Shown: positions 40,757-51,657 of the stretch, piece after piece
Numbering within the stretch: position 1 is the first letter of the stretch
Layout: every line of letters starts with the position of its first letter
NCBI GenBank assembly: GCA_963705105.1
Contig: CAVPIW010000012.1
Coordinates: 64,001-128,000 of the forward strand
Direction: 5' to 3'
Length of the DNA stretch: 64,000 nt
From: an uncultured Nitrospiraceae bacterium
Lineage (GTDB): Bacteria; Nitrospirota; Thermodesulfovibrionia; Thermodesulfovibrionales; Dissulfurispiraceae
Notes under the pieces: model-generated
Told to the model about the DNA's origin: nothing
Databases searched by the model: none
Seen by the model: only the letters and a program-made list of their open reading frames with translations
Program-made: the position numbers and the translations under genes

Positions 40757-42613
40757 ACTCATTTTCGACAGTTGATTTCAAAAAGCTCTGGTGATTCAGT
40801 GCGTTATAATGGTTCAAAAAGAGTTTGGCACTACGCCCTCTCTGTGTACCTGGATCAACTCAGCAAGGTCGCCGGTGAGGGTGGTCGAACTCCCGCAGCC
40901 GTAAATGCATGATGAGCCGTCCCCTTCAGATCGGTCCGCAACAGGTAGTTCCTGCCATCCAGTTCCACATGCACCGCCCGGACCTGCCCCAGATCCTGCA
41001 TCACTGTCGGCCAGGACACATCGATCCCCTTGTCCTCAAAACGTCTCTGTAGATCCACCTCAAGTCGCAATGCCAGGAATCCGGCCACAATGTGCCCGAT
41101 CGATGTGTCATCACGATGATGAAAGATCGGCCGCACCTGTAATGTCGACTTCTGCTCCCGGAACGTCCGCTCCACACGCCACAAACTCTTGTACGTCCGG
41201 GCGACGTCCTCGGCTGACAGTTCCGTGTTGGTCCGGAGCACAAACTTCCCGTCATATCGCGCATCGGCCTGCACCGCCTCCTGGTTGATCTGTGCCGAGC
41301 CCTTCTGGATCTTCAGAAACCGCGCATAGCCCTTGTTGCCCACCAGGGACTTCATCCCCTGTTTGTCGATCTTTTCCTGTAACCGCTGCAGGATCGCCTC
41401 CCTCGCAGCCCTGTCCTTGGCCGCTTCTTCCTCGTTCAGACAGACGATGTACCGCCGCTCCCCTACAACGACTTCCTTGACCTTGAGGTTGCAGGCAACC
41501 TGCCGGTACCGACCCGCCCGTGCCAGCACGTCCTCACTCACCTCTTTCTGTCTGCGCATCCGGCATCCGAGTATATAGTCATAGGGGGAACTCTCATGGC
41601 CGTTCAGCAGTTCAATGGCATCTGTACTGATCATCCCCCGGTCTGCGACAACAACGGCTTTGCGAATCCGGAACCTCTGCCGCATCTTGTCGATCACCAC
41701 CTGCAACGCCGCCTTGTCCGCCGTATGACCGGGCAGGATCTCCCAAGAGATCGGCCACCCCTTGCCGTCAACAACAACGGCCAGCACCATCTGCGGCAGA
41801 TCAGCACGGCGATCTCGGGAGTATCCCCGCTTGCGCCACTCCGTCTCCTCCGTCCGGTAGACATACACACTGGTCGTGTCCAGAAAGACCAGATCGAGCT
41901 GCTGACTGAACAAGTCCCGGTCACGATGAAACAGTTCCCTCTCCAGGTCTTCCCTGATGTCGCTCAGAAACCCGTTGGTCCGGTACAGATGCTGTAATGC
42001 AACTCCTTGTAACCCCTCCACCGTGTCGATCCACCCGCATCCCTGAAGATCAGATCCCGGTGCGCATAACCGCTGAAGAGCCATGGCAAAGGATACCCTC
42101 TCGGGATCAAAGCTGAACTTCCGATCCCGGGCCAATCCCTGCAGAATCTCCGGAAGGTGTTGGTGCTGCCATAAACGGCCGAACACCAGGGGATGACCCC
42201 AGAGTTTGGCACTGTGTGCCGTAATGTCTTGTGTCCGGACGGCTTGCACGACACGGAGCTTCTCGCTGAACTTCGCCATGCTCTTGAGGAGGTCATCCAG
42301 CTGACCGGAAGCGATGAGCTCATCCCGTCGTCCCAGGGTCGCAAGGACCCGCTGACGCGGCTTGCCTGCATCACGGAACGATTCGACGATCTGGATGTAT
42401 TCGTAAGTGGCATAATTATGGATGCTACGCTTGACTCTGACGAACATGCATCTATTATGAATAATGACGTATGTCTTGTCAAGAGAATATGACGACTGGA
42501 GAGTATACTTTAGGCACTACATTTGAAGCATAATGACGTTTTTAGAAGGCTTATCTTCTTGTTCTTGTTAGATTGCCATACTCGCTAACCGGCTCCAACT
42601 GTCGAAAATGAGT
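40757..42613 (-). mobile_element. IS1634-family element, transposase 40855-42447
   Basis: Perfect 18-bp IR ACTCATTTTCGACAGTTG / CAACTGTCGAAAATGAGT; intact 530 aa DDE ORF (FLDTTS, VADRGM, YKSLWRVERTFR). Confidence 0.93.
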
Positions 42614-42645
42614 CACACTTGGATAATCAGGCGACGGAGACCCCG

Positions 42646-43638
42646 ATGATGAAAGCGGTTATCAACGCGCGCTACGGATCGCCGGATGTCCTGGAGATCC
42701 GGCAGGTGCCGAAACCGGAACCGAAAGCCGGCGAGGTCCTGATCAGGGTCCATGCGACGACGGTCAGCCGGACTGATTGCGGCATGCTCCGACCCCACCC
42801 CTTTTTCGTCCGGTTCGTCGCGGGGCTCCGACGGCCGAAGCGCACGGTCCTCGGCATGGACTTCGCAGGGGAGGTCGAGGCGGTCGGCGCAGGCGTCACC
42901 GCGTTCAAACCGGGCGATCGCGTTTTCGGCGTATCGCCGGACGACTACGGCGCGCACGCCGAATATCTCTGCGTGCCCGAAAAGGGGGCGATGGCGACCA
43001 TGCCGGCAGGAGCAGGTTTCGGCGCAGCCGTGGTCTGCGAGGGTGCCTGGTATGCTGATACGTATCTGCAAGCGTTCCGCCTCAAGACGGGCCACAGCAT
43101 CCTCGTCCATGGTGCTTCAGGCGCCATTGGCACGGCGGCGGTGCAGCTTGCGAAGTCCTACGGCGCCAGAGTGACGGCGGTCGTCGCGACGCGGCACCTG
43201 GACCTCGTCAGAACCCTCTGCGCCGACCGCGCAGTCGACTACACGGCGGAGGACTTCACGCAAATCGGTGAGACCTTCGATTTTGTGTTCGACGCGGTGG
43301 GCAAAACGACGTTTTTCCGTTGTCGGCGATTGCTGAAGCCCGAAGGGGTCTTCGCGGCGACGGATCTCGGGCCCTGGTGCCAGAATCCCCTGCTCGTGAT
43401 CTGGTCGTCGATCAACGGGAGCCACAGGGTCATCTTCCCGCTGCCACAGAGCAGCAGGGCTAAGGCGTTTGTCGACTTCTTGAAAGCCCGCATGGAGGCG
43501 GGCGAATTCCGCGCAGTCATCGATCGGGAGTATCCCCTCGAGGCAATCGCCGACGCCTATCGCTACGTGGAGACAGGGCAGAAGACCGGGATCGTCGTCA
43601 TCAACGTGAGGCCAGCCGACGAGACCGCGCATGCGTAG
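42646..43638 (+). CDS. NAD(P)-dependent alcohol dehydrogenase/quinone reductase-like (MDR)
   Basis: YGSPDVL, LGMDFAGEV, HGASGAIG, VIDREYPL. Confidence 0.9.
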   Translation: MMKAVINARYGSPDVLEIRQVPKPEPKAGEVLIRVHATTVSRTDCGMLRPHPFFVRFVAGLRRPKRTVLGMDFAGEVEAVGAGVTAFKPGDRVFGVSPDDYGAHAEYLCVPEKGAMATMPAGAGFGAAVVCEGAWYADTYLQAFRLKTGHSILVHGASGAIGTAAVQLAKSYGARVTAVVATRHLDLVRTLCADRAVDYTAEDFTQIGETFDFVFDAVGKTTFFRCRRLLKPEGVFAATDLGPWCQNPLLVIWSSINGSHRVIFPLPQSSRAKAFVDFLKARMEAGEFRAVIDREYPLEAIADAYRYVETGQKTGIVVINVRPADETAHA

Positions 43639-43718
43639 CCTCCATCACGAAAATATGATGTCAAAATGGCTTGAAAAATAGTTTGGTCATTTGAAGCGAC
43701 TTCTGACCTCGGAACAAT

Positions 43719-43883
43719 TGCAATCTCGCGGGGATTTTCCTCGGCACGAGAATCCCCAAGGGCGCGAAGACGACGAACTGGGCTGCGCGCCGCCTGACAC
43801 CGCAGCAGATCGTCTACGCTGCGACCGATGCCTGGGCGTGCCGCGAGCTGTATCTCCGCTTCAAACAGCTGAATTTTGTCTGA
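43719..43883 (+). pseudogene. C-terminal fragment of a 3'-5' exonuclease (RNase D/WRN-like)
   Basis: LGTRIPKGAKTTNWAARRLTPQQIVYAATDAW (ExoIII YxxxD); no start. Confidence 0.7.
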
Positions 43884-44026
43884 GGACCCGAGAACTCAAC
43901 GTCAGAAAAGCCGCCGCCCGACCAGGCGTTGCCCCGCTCAGACGCAGCATTAAATATCATCAACGGGGACTTGACAAAATGCATCTCCTGCACACATTGT
44001 AATACAACAATGACAGGAGGTGCATC

Positions 44027-44245
44027 ATGAGTACGGCAGTATCTGTGCGGCTTCCCAAAAAGCTTGCAGAACAACTTGACGTCATAGCCAAAGAGACCGA
44101 GAGGCCTCGCTCTTTCATCATTCAGAAAGCATTGGAGCGCTACATTGAGGATTTCGCCGATCTTCAGATTGCCCTTGACCGGCTCCACGACAAGAGTGAT
44201 GCCGTCATTTCCGGCAAAGAGCTGAGAAAGTCCCTTGGTCTATAA
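44027..44245 (+). CDS. RHH (CopG/RelB-like) antitoxin
   Basis: VSVRLP...ETERPRSFIIQKALERYIED. Confidence 0.85.
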   Translation: MSTAVSVRLPKKLAEQLDVIAKETERPRSFIIQKALERYIEDFADLQIALDRLHDKSDAVISGKELRKSLGL

Positions 44246-44495
44246 TGTCGTCTACAAGAAGTCGGTATATCGCGATCTCAAGAGGTTAACTCAGGCTGAG
44301 GCCAGCCGTATACTCAATCAGATAGAAAGCGAGCTTGCGAAGAAACCCGGGTCGAATCCTGTACTCAAAGGCAAATTTGCCGGGCTTCGCAAGTATCGCA
44401 TTGGTGACTACCGGGTAATTTACGCCCTAATGGGTACTGATATTCTCATCCTCAGAATAGGTGCCCGTCGCGATGTCTACAAAGGCGAAATGTAG
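44235..44495 (+). CDS. relE: RelE/ParE-family toxin
   Basis: LKGKFAGLRKYRIGDYRVIY...IGARRDVY. Confidence 0.88.
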   Translation: MVYNVVYKKSVYRDLKRLTQAEASRILNQIESELAKKPGSNPVLKGKFAGLRKYRIGDYRVIYALMGTDILILRIGARRDVYKGEM

Positions 44496-44496
44496 C

Positions 44497-44688
44497 CATT
44501 GCATGCAGAGGCTCGGCTCAGCCGCCTCCCAAGGATCGTCCCTGGCGTTGGCTCAACATGAACAATTACAAACAATATACCCCGCAGACGGCGGTGGCAT
44601 AAACCGGACATTTCTATTTTGTCGCCGCAGCAAGGTGTTCGGCGCATACACCACGCCTTTAGGTCAGGCGTATGCAACGATAAGGGTT
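44497..44688 (+). repeat. Degenerate modular repeat copy
   Basis: TGTCGCCGCAGCAAGGTGTTCGGCGCATACACCACGCCTTT...TATGCAACGATAAGG right module. Confidence 0.7.
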
Positions 44689-45133
44689 ACTTGCCTTTAG
44701 AATCGATGAGGAAGGTGACGGGGCCGTCGTTGACGAGTGAAACGGTCATGTAGGCCCCGAAGACGCCTGTTTCCACGGGAATCCCCGTCTCCCTGAGCTT
44801 GCGCACGAACGTTTCATAGAGTTCTTTTGCCCGTTCCGGCGCCTCGGCGCGATCAAAGGACGGGCGGTTCCCCTTCCTGCAGTCGGCCGAGAGCGTGAAC
44901 TGGGAAACGGCGAGCACGCTGCCGCCGATGTCCCTGACGGAGAGGTTCATCTTTCCCTGTTCGTCATAAAACATGCGCAGGCTGACGGTTTTCCTGATAA
45001 GGAAATCGCAGTCCCTCTCGTCGTCTTCTTTCTCGACTCCGAGAAGCAGGAGCACACCCGGCCCGATTTTGCCCACAGATGCGCCGTCCACCTCCACCGA
45101 AGCAGAGGAAACCCTCTGAATGAGGGCCTTCAC
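44687..45133 (-). CDS. dtd: D-aminoacyl-tRNA deacylase
   Basis: [28 protein letters not shown] start 45133. Confidence 0.95.
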   Translation of the reverse strand: MKALIQRVSSASVEVDGASVGKIGPGVLLLLGVEKEDDERDCDFLIRKTVSLRMFYDEQGKMNLSVRDIGGSVLAVSQFTLSADCRKGNRPSFDRAEAPERAKELYETFVRKLRETGIPVETGVFGAYMTVSLVNDGPVTFLIDSKGK

Positions 45134-46245
45134 AGCATCCTCACCTGGTTCCTGAGGGAAAACCCGCGGAGTTTCACATCCGTCATTCCCTTCGACTGGA
45201 CCATGACCTTGTGGGATTCCCCCAGGCCCTGAGGCAGGATGAGGTTCTTGATCGGCGACACCTCGAACGCATCGGGGGCCGACCCGTACCATTCCGTAAT
45301 GAGCTCGTCGATCCCGAGGGCGATCAGGTAGCTCCCCTGCGGGGAGAAGCCGATGGTCCGGAGGCCCGATGCTTCACCCCAACGGTGCAGGGCCGAGAAA
45401 TTCACATGCGCTGTCATGTCCTGGTCGCCGATGTGTTCGTAGGGGTTCTCTCCGGCCTTATGCCGGTGATAGCAGAGGAGGGTCCCCCTGTTCCGCCCGG
45501 CGCTGTAATACTCCCAGGCAGGGTACCCGTAGTCGATGGTGATGATGAATCCACGGTCGAGCCGGCCTGATACAGACCTGATCCAGTCCCTCATCCTGAG
45601 ATTGACCTCCGTCCTGTATCCTTCGGGCAGGTCCGGAGCGAAAGCATTCAGATAGTCGATGACCCCGGGGCTGCAGGGCTTCACAACCTCTGCAATTTCC
45701 TCTTGCTCATCAACGGTCACGAAGACTTCCCCGAGCTCTCCGTCACGGACGATAAGGTGGACGGGAAAGGCGTCGGGGAGTTCATTGGAAAGGAAACAGC
45801 CCGTGACGGGCTCCAGGGATTCGAGTCCCCCGAGCCATCTGACCCTGACGCTGTGCGCGCCGAGGATGTCCTGCTGCCTGCGCCGGACGGAGGGGTTCAG
45901 CTCGGCGATCGTGTAGACGAGAGATGCCCCGAGAGGCCTGTCCTGCAGATAATCGAGGAGGTCCTTTGCCAGGTACCCCATGCCGGCGCCCATCTCGACG
46001 ATGTCGAACCGAGCCGGTCTGCCCGTCAGTTCCCACATCTCTTCGGCCTGCCGTCCCAGCATGGCGCCGAAGGCACGGTGGAGGTGCGAGCTCGTGTAAA
46101 AATCAGCACTCCTGCCGATTTCCGTCGAATCTTTTGCGTAATAGCCGAGGCCGGGTTCGTAGAGGGCCATGTCCATGAAGGTCTCGAATGAAATGGGGCC
46201 CTCTTCCCTGATGCGCCTGGTGATCTTCTCCTTCAGTGTGCACAT
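45130..46245 (-). CDS. MidA/NDUFAF7-type SAM-dependent methyltransferase
   Basis: [48 protein letters not shown]. Confidence 0.9.
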   Translation of the reverse strand: MCTLKEKITRRIREEGPISFETFMDMALYEPGLGYYAKDSTEIGRSADFYTSSHLHRAFGAMLGRQAEEMWELTGRPARFDIVEMGAGMGYLAKDLLDYLQDRPLGASLVYTIAELNPSVRRRQQDILGAHSVRVRWLGGLESLEPVTGCFLSNELPDAFPVHLIVRDGELGEVFVTVDEQEEIAEVVKPCSPGVIDYLNAFAPDLPEGYRTEVNLRMRDWIRSVSGRLDRGFIITIDYGYPAWEYYSAGRNRGTLLCYHRHKAGENPYEHIGDQDMTAHVNFSALHRWGEASGLRTIGFSPQGSYLIALGIDELITEWYGSAPDAFEVSPIKNLILPQGLGESHKVMVQSKGMTDVKLRGFSLRNQVRML

Positions 46246-46820
46246 TTTATTGCCGCACCAAGGACCTCGGAAGACGGGGCGAAGAGCCTCAAAGCCTTGA
46301 TGATAGTGACGCGCCGCCGGGGAAGGCAAATATGGTTCAAAGCCTTTCCAATGCGATGATGAGACTTTTCCAGGTGTTCAGCCTCTGTCGCCTGCCGGGC
46401 TGTTGTCATCAATAGACACGGCAAAGGGTGGTCTGGTGACAAATAGGGTATCTTAGAGGAAAGGCTTTTCACCACATCAGCCTTCCCGCGGTGCTTTTGT
46501 CGTCCTGTTCCTGTCTTTGCATACTGTTTACCTTATCGTTGCAATGCACGCCCGGGAAAGGCGGGGCGTATGCGCCGAAAACCTTGCTGCGGCGACTCCT
46601 GTATCAAAACGAAAGATGAACTATACGCTAATGGTCGATGACACAAAGAGTGAAATCCTGAAACACGAAGATGACGAGGCGTATCGTCGCCTTCAGCAAG
46701 GCTTTGAGGCGTTTCGCCCCGCCTTTCAATGCAACAGGGTTTATTGTCTACTGCATTCTGTCTACTGATTAAGTGGCGCATCCGCCCCGCCTTCCGGTCC
46801 GGCGTATGCAACATTAAAGT
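46246..46820. repeat. Cluster of modular repeats (46246-46489 +; 46530-46735 type A inverted; 46773-46820 end module)
   Basis: Direct sequence match to 37350-37533 and reverse complement match to 8489-8693. Confidence 0.9.
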
Positions 46821-46828
46821 ACACTGTC

Positions 46829-47812
46829 TCAGGGCAGGGCGAGCATGCGGTCAAGGGCCATCTTGGCGGGGATCCGGGTTTCTTCGGGCACCTTCACGAC
46901 ATGTCTCATCTCCTTCATCGCCAGGAGGACACTTTTAAGGGTCGTTTTCTTCATGTTCGGACAGATCATGTCCTTTCTCAGGGGATGGAAGCCCTTGCCG
47001 GGATTCTCCTTTTTCAGACGGTGCATAAGGCCCAGTTCCGTACCGACGATGAATTCACGGGCGGAACTCTCCCCGGCAAAGCGGAGCATCCCCGAGGTGC
47101 TCGTCACATGGTCGGCGAGGTCAAGCACTTCCAGGCGGCACTCGGGATGGGCCATGAAAAGGGCGCCGGGATGTTCCGATCTCGCCCTGCGCACGTCGTC
47201 GGCCGTGACGCGGTCATGGACGTGGCAGAAGCCGTCCCAGGCGATGACACGCTTTCCCGTGTTCTTCGCGGCCCAGTTGGAGAGGTTCCTGTCAGGCACG
47301 CAGATCACCGAGTCCCCGGAGAGGGATTCGATCACCTTCACCACGTTGGCGGAGGTGCAGCAGATGTCGCTCTCCGCTTTTACATCGGCAGTGGTGTTCA
47401 CGTATGTGACGACGGGGACGCCGGGATGCCGGGCCTTTATGTCCCTGAGAGTGAAATCGTGGGGGAAGACAAAGGCGGGCTGCTCGTCGTATCCCGGAAA
47501 GGTCTTCCAGACCTTCCTCGGTGAGGAGACGCGGATCATGTCCGCCATGGGGCACGTTGCATCAAGGTCAGGCAGGAGTACCGTCTTGTCCGGCGACAGG
47601 ATCGAAGCGCTCTCGGCCATGAAATGGACGCCGCAGAAAACGATGACTGCACAGTCCTGCGTCGCCGCCGTTCTTGACAGCTCAAGGGAGTCGCCGGTGA
47701 AATCGGCGATGTCCTGGACCTCGTCGCGCTGGTAGTTATGGGCGAGAATGAGGGCGCGCAAGTCTCTCTTGAGGGAGAGGATCTCGTCCCGGATCTGCCC
47801 GTTTGCGGCCAC
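46829..47812 (-). CDS. nadA: Quinolinate synthase
   Basis: LAHNYQ, GDSLELS, CGVHFMAE, CPMAD, YVNT, CTSAN, CHVH, AHPEC, CPNMK. Confidence 0.96.
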   Translation of the reverse strand: MAANGQIRDEILSLKRDLRALILAHNYQRDEVQDIADFTGDSLELSRTAATQDCAVIVFCGVHFMAESASILSPDKTVLLPDLDATCPMADMIRVSSPRKVWKTFPGYDEQPAFVFPHDFTLRDIKARHPGVPVVTYVNTTADVKAESDICCTSANVVKVIESLSGDSVICVPDRNLSNWAAKNTGKRVIAWDGFCHVHDRVTADDVRRARSEHPGALFMAHPECRLEVLDLADHVTSTSGMLRFAGESSAREFIVGTELGLMHRLKKENPGKGFHPLRKDMICPNMKKTTLKSVLLAMKEMRHVVKVPEETRIPAKMALDRMLALP

Positions 47813-47813
47813 T

Positions 47814-48524
47814 CTACAGGCCCTGATCGCGGATTGATGCGTTGGTGAAAAGGAGAGTGCCGTCCTTCAGGATGAGTCTCTGGATCCGGTAGGGCTCCTT
47901 CTTCTTCGCTGTGAGGGTCAGATTGGCGGGGTTCCCGTTGCCGCCGGTGTATGTGTCCATAACCTTTCGGACATATCCTATCGTCTCAGGAATGGCCGGT
48001 ACCGAATTCGTTCTTTCCACCCTCCCGGGACCGGCATTGTATGCGGCCAGGGCAAGGTTGAGGTTCCCGTCGAATCTTTCGAGGAGATACTTGAGGTAGC
48101 GGGTGCCGCCGTCGATGTTCTCAACGGGATCAAAGGAGTTGGCAACGCCGAGATCGCTGGCTGTCGACGGCATGAGCTGCATGAGGCCCCGCGCTCCCTT
48201 GGGAGAGACGGCGCCGGGATTCCAGTTCGATTCGGCCTTGATGACCGCCTTGACGAGATCGGGGTCCACGTTGTGCTGCTTGGCTTTTTCCTCGGCGATG
48301 GACTGATAGGCGTCGACGGTCCGTTCCCGCGGCCTGTTCTGCCGGGCTTCGGCCCTCTTCTTCTTTGCCGGGTCGGCCTGTTCTTTTATGACGACCTTCC
48401 CCGGCCCGCCTGCAGGGACATTGGTGAAATTGACGACGCCGTCCTCGGAGACATACTGGTAGATGTCGGCGTTGGATTCAGTGACGGTCAGGCAAAATAT
48501 AGTTATGAATATAAGTAATATCAT
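47814..48524 (-). CDS. SLT lytic transglycosylase with DUF4124-like N-terminus
   Basis: [33 protein letters not shown]. Confidence 0.93.
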   Translation of the reverse strand: MILLIFITIFCLTVTESNADIYQYVSEDGVVNFTNVPAGGPGKVVIKEQADPAKKKRAEARQNRPRERTVDAYQSIAEEKAKQHNVDPDLVKAVIKAESNWNPGAVSPKGARGLMQLMPSTASDLGVANSFDPVENIDGGTRYLKYLLERFDGNLNLALAAYNAGPGRVERTNSVPAIPETIGYVRKVMDTYTGGNGNPANLTLTAKKKEPYRIQRLILKDGTLLFTNASIRDQGL

Positions 48525-48549
48525 GTGGTTATCATATCATGCCACAGAT

Positions 48550-48564
48550 GCATGCTTCAAGCCG
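48550..48564 (-). promoter_or_regulatory. Possible sigma-54 promoter of the slt-nadA unit
   Basis: Minus strand CGGCTTGAAGCATGC, GG-N10-GC; weak match. Confidence 0.35.
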
Positions 48565-48698
48565 GCTGCCCTGAGGCCAAGGGATGGCCGGGCCGTCACC
48601 GGTCCGGCCATCTCACATTAATTTTCGGTGAAATGCCTGTGAAGTTGAGCCCGCCCCCGCGACAGTGACCATGCTCACGGTGGCTGTCGGAGCAGCCC

Positions 48699-49283
48699 TT
48701 ACCGGGCGAACTGGACATCAGGCTCGTTCAGGAACTTGATCATCAGCACCAGGTTCGCCTCATTGCCCTCGAGGTCTCTCACAAAACCCTTGAGCACCGC
48801 AGCCTCCTTGAATCCCAGCTTCTCGAAGAGGAAGAATGCCTCCTGGAGGTCCGGCGACATTTCGATGCTGAGCTGCTCAAGGCCGAGTTCCGTGGCGATG
48901 TCGATGAGATTCTGAGCGATGTGCGTCCCCAGTCCGCGCTCACGGTAGTTCACATCGGTGGTGAGCCGCACTTCGGCCTGGTGCCTCGACCAGCCGATCT
49001 TGTTGAAGTGGAGAGTCCCGCTGCCGATGATCTTTCCGTTATCACGGACGACAAGCGGCAGGACCTCATCATAATCGAGATCATTTACCCAACGCGAGAT
49101 CACCGCGGGGTCCGTGACGTCGTCTCTGAGACAGGCCCTGTCTTTCAGCGGCAGTTTGCTGAAATATGTAAAGAGGTCACTTTCATCGTCCTTGACGAGG
49201 GGGCGCAGGACGACGCTGTTGCGGTCGTCGAGCCTGACGATCTTCGGGTAATTGCTGATGAGTATTTTCATGAGTGGATCCAT
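48699..49283 (-). CDS. GNAT-family acetyltransferase 2
   Basis: AAGGAG RBS before ATG 49283; YRERGLG motif A, FEKLGF. Confidence 0.85.
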   Translation of the reverse strand: MDPLMKILISNYPKIVRLDDRNSVVLRPLVKDDESDLFTYFSKLPLKDRACLRDDVTDPAVISRWVNDLDYDEVLPLVVRDNGKIIGSGTLHFNKIGWSRHQAEVRLTTDVNYRERGLGTHIAQNLIDIATELGLEQLSIEMSPDLQEAFFLFEKLGFKEAAVLKGFVRDLEGNEANLVLMIKFLNEPDVQFAR

Positions 49284-49303
49284 ATAATTAATCTCCTTCT
49301 TCC

Positions 49304-50497
49304 CTAAAAATACCAGCCCCGTTCGACGATGACGGCGAAGCCCATGCCGCCTCCGACGCAGAGCGATGCGAGGCCGACCGCCACGTCGCGCTTCTGCATC
49401 TCGTAGAGGAGCGTCACGATGATCCTCGATCCGCTGCACCCGATGGGGTGGCCCAGTGCGATGGCGCCGCCGTTGACGTTCACGATGGAGGGGTCCAGGT
49501 GGAGTTCTTTCAGACAGGCGATCGACTGGGCGGCGAAGGCCTCGTTGAGTTCCACGAGGTCGATCTCCTTGCCGAGCTGGGACTTCGCCTTTGCCACGGC
49601 GCTCTCGACGGCGTAGATGGGACCGATGCCCATCATCTCGGGTTCGCACCCCCTGCAGTCGTAGCCGACGATCCGCGCCAGGGGACGAATGCCCATTTTG
49701 AAGGCCCTCTCGGCTGACATGACGAGCAGCGCTGCAGCGCCGTCATTGACACCCGAGGAGTTGCCGGCCGTTATGGTGCCGGTTTTCTGGAACGCAGGCT
49801 TCAGCTTCGCGAGCTTGTCCGCGGTGCTGCCGAAGCGGGGGTATTCATCGGTGTCGAAGGCGACAGGGTCACCCTTCTTCTGGGGAATCATGACAGGCAC
49901 GATCTCGTCCTTGAAACGCCCCGACGTGATCGCTTTTTCCGCCTTCTGCTGGCTTTCGGCGGCATAGGTGTCCTGCTCCTCCCGGGAAATGTTGAATTTC
50001 TCAGCCACGTTCTCGGCGGTGATGCCCATATGGGTGTCGCCGAAGGAGCACCAGAGGCCGTCCTGGATCATGGTGTCGATGACCTGGGTATGCCCCATCC
50101 GTTGCCCCCACCTCGACTGGGGGAGGACATACGGCGCCTGGCTCATGTTCTCCATACCGCCTGCGACAATGATTTCGGCATCGCCGGCGCGGATGGTCTG
50201 GGTGGCCATGATCAGCGATTCCATACCGGAACCGCAGACGACGTTCACGGTCACGGCAGGCGTGTACTGGGACAGTCCGGCTGCAACGCCGGCCTGGCGG
50301 GCGGGGTTCTGTCCGAGCCCGGCCTGCAGCACGTTGCCCATGATCACCTGGTCGACCCGCTCGGCCCGTATCCTCGCCCTCCTGATCACTTCCCTTATCA
50401 CGATGCCGCCCAGTTCGACGGCCGGGACATCGCGGAGCATCCCCCCGAAACTGCCGATGGCGGTGCGGCAAGCGCTCGCTATGACTACGTCCTGCAT
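49304..50497 (-). CDS. phaA: Acetyl-CoA acetyltransferase (thiolase)
   Basis: [31 protein letters not shown] context. Confidence 0.9.
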   Translation of the reverse strand: MQDVVIASACRTAIGSFGGMLRDVPAVELGGIVIREVIRRARIRAERVDQVIMGNVLQAGLGQNPARQAGVAAGLSQYTPAVTVNVVCGSGMESLIMATQTIRAGDAEIIVAGGMENMSQAPYVLPQSRWGQRMGHTQVIDTMIQDGLWCSFGDTHMGITAENVAEKFNISREEQDTYAAESQQKAEKAITSGRFKDEIVPVMIPQKKGDPVAFDTDEYPRFGSTADKLAKLKPAFQKTGTITAGNSSGVNDGAAALLVMSAERAFKMGIRPLARIVGYDCRGCEPEMMGIGPIYAVESAVAKAKSQLGKEIDLVELNEAFAAQSIACLKELHLDPSIVNVNGGAIALGHPIGCSGSRIIVTLLYEMQKRDVAVGLASLCVGGGMGFAVIVERGWYF

Positions 50498-50507
50498 GGC
50501 TTCCTCC

Positions 50508-51065
50508 TTATGCCTGTTCGCTGACAGGGGTTAACTCTTTGACGAGTATGGCGATATCGGCATAACGCTTCTGGTAGATATCCTTGACGTAACGCTTCAG
50601 GACCGCGACATTCTGGAAGCCGACATTATGAAAGGCCTTCATCGTGCCCTGCCGTGACGTGATCACCCGGGCGACAAGCTTCTTCACTCCCTGTCTCACG
50701 GCGAGATGTGAAAGCTCGTCAAGCAGGACGGAGCTCAGGCCCCTTCCGCGGAAGTCATCGGCGACGGCGATCCTGATTTCACCGACATGGCGTCCCCATC
50801 CGAAGGTCTGGCGGTGGAGGGAGACGTTCGCCACGATCCTCCCCTCAAACTCGGCAAGGATGGGCAGGACTTTTTCGAAATTGAGATCGCGGACCCAGTT
50901 CTCGATGATCCTCTTGTCCGTGACGTCGTTCCGCAGGAACCGCCTGCTTGCGGGGGGAAGAGAGGTGAAGAATTTGTACAGGGCATTCTGGTCGTCCCTG
51001 TTCATCGTGCGCAACGTCAGAACTGTGCCGTCCTTTAGCTCGATCCTTTTGGGATACTCTTCCAT
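50508..51065 (-). CDS. GNAT-family acetyltransferase 1
   Basis: FRGRGLS motif; paralog of 48699-49283. Confidence 0.85.
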   Translation of the reverse strand: MEEYPKRIELKDGTVLTLRTMNRDDQNALYKFFTSLPPASRRFLRNDVTDKRIIENWVRDLNFEKVLPILAEFEGRIVANVSLHRQTFGWGRHVGEIRIAVADDFRGRGLSSVLLDELSHLAVRQGVKKLVARVITSRQGTMKAFHNVGFQNVAVLKRYVKDIYQKRYADIAILVKELTPVSEQA

Positions 51066-51235
51066 GATGGTACCTCCTCGACGAAAAAAATCAGCACTGC
51101 TCCTGCGGGTCCGGATGCGTGATCAGGGAAGGTCACCGGCATGTCATCACAGGAATGCCTCATCCCCGGTGAACATCCCGCAGGGGAGCTGTAACTTCGG
51201 ATTATTATAGCATTTGTTTCTTCCCGTTCTCATCT

Positions 51236-51646
51236 AAGACAGTGACAGTGTCAGCATGGCAATCGTCTTGATTTCTCCGACTGCCAGCCGGGAAGTCTCC
51301 GTTACATGAACCTATGCGAAAATATCGGTCTTTCAATGACCCGGACTCTGCGAAAAAATACCATCACTGACACTCACACCTGCACTCGCACTTTTTTACC
51401 TTATCGTTGTAATACACGCCCGTGAAAGGCGGGGTGTATGCGCCGAAAACCTTGCTGCGGCGACACCATAACTCTCACAGAAGACACCCTTTCAAACCAA
51501 TGGTCGAAAAGTGAGCCTTTTTACTGACACTGACACTCACACTGACACTGTTTTTCAGAGCGCTTCGCCCCGCTTTTCTATGACTACAAAGTTTATTTCT
51601 GTCACAAAAAATATAAGACTCCTTCACCGGCACTGACACTCACACT
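51236..51646 (-). repeat. Modular repeat (51398-51587) with flanking hexamer runs
   Basis: ACCTTATCGTTG...AAAGGCGGGGTGTATGCGCCGAAAACCTTGCTGCGGCGAC...ACTGACACTC...CGCCCCGCTTTTC. Confidence 0.85.
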
Positions 51647-51657
51647 CTCTCTTTCGG

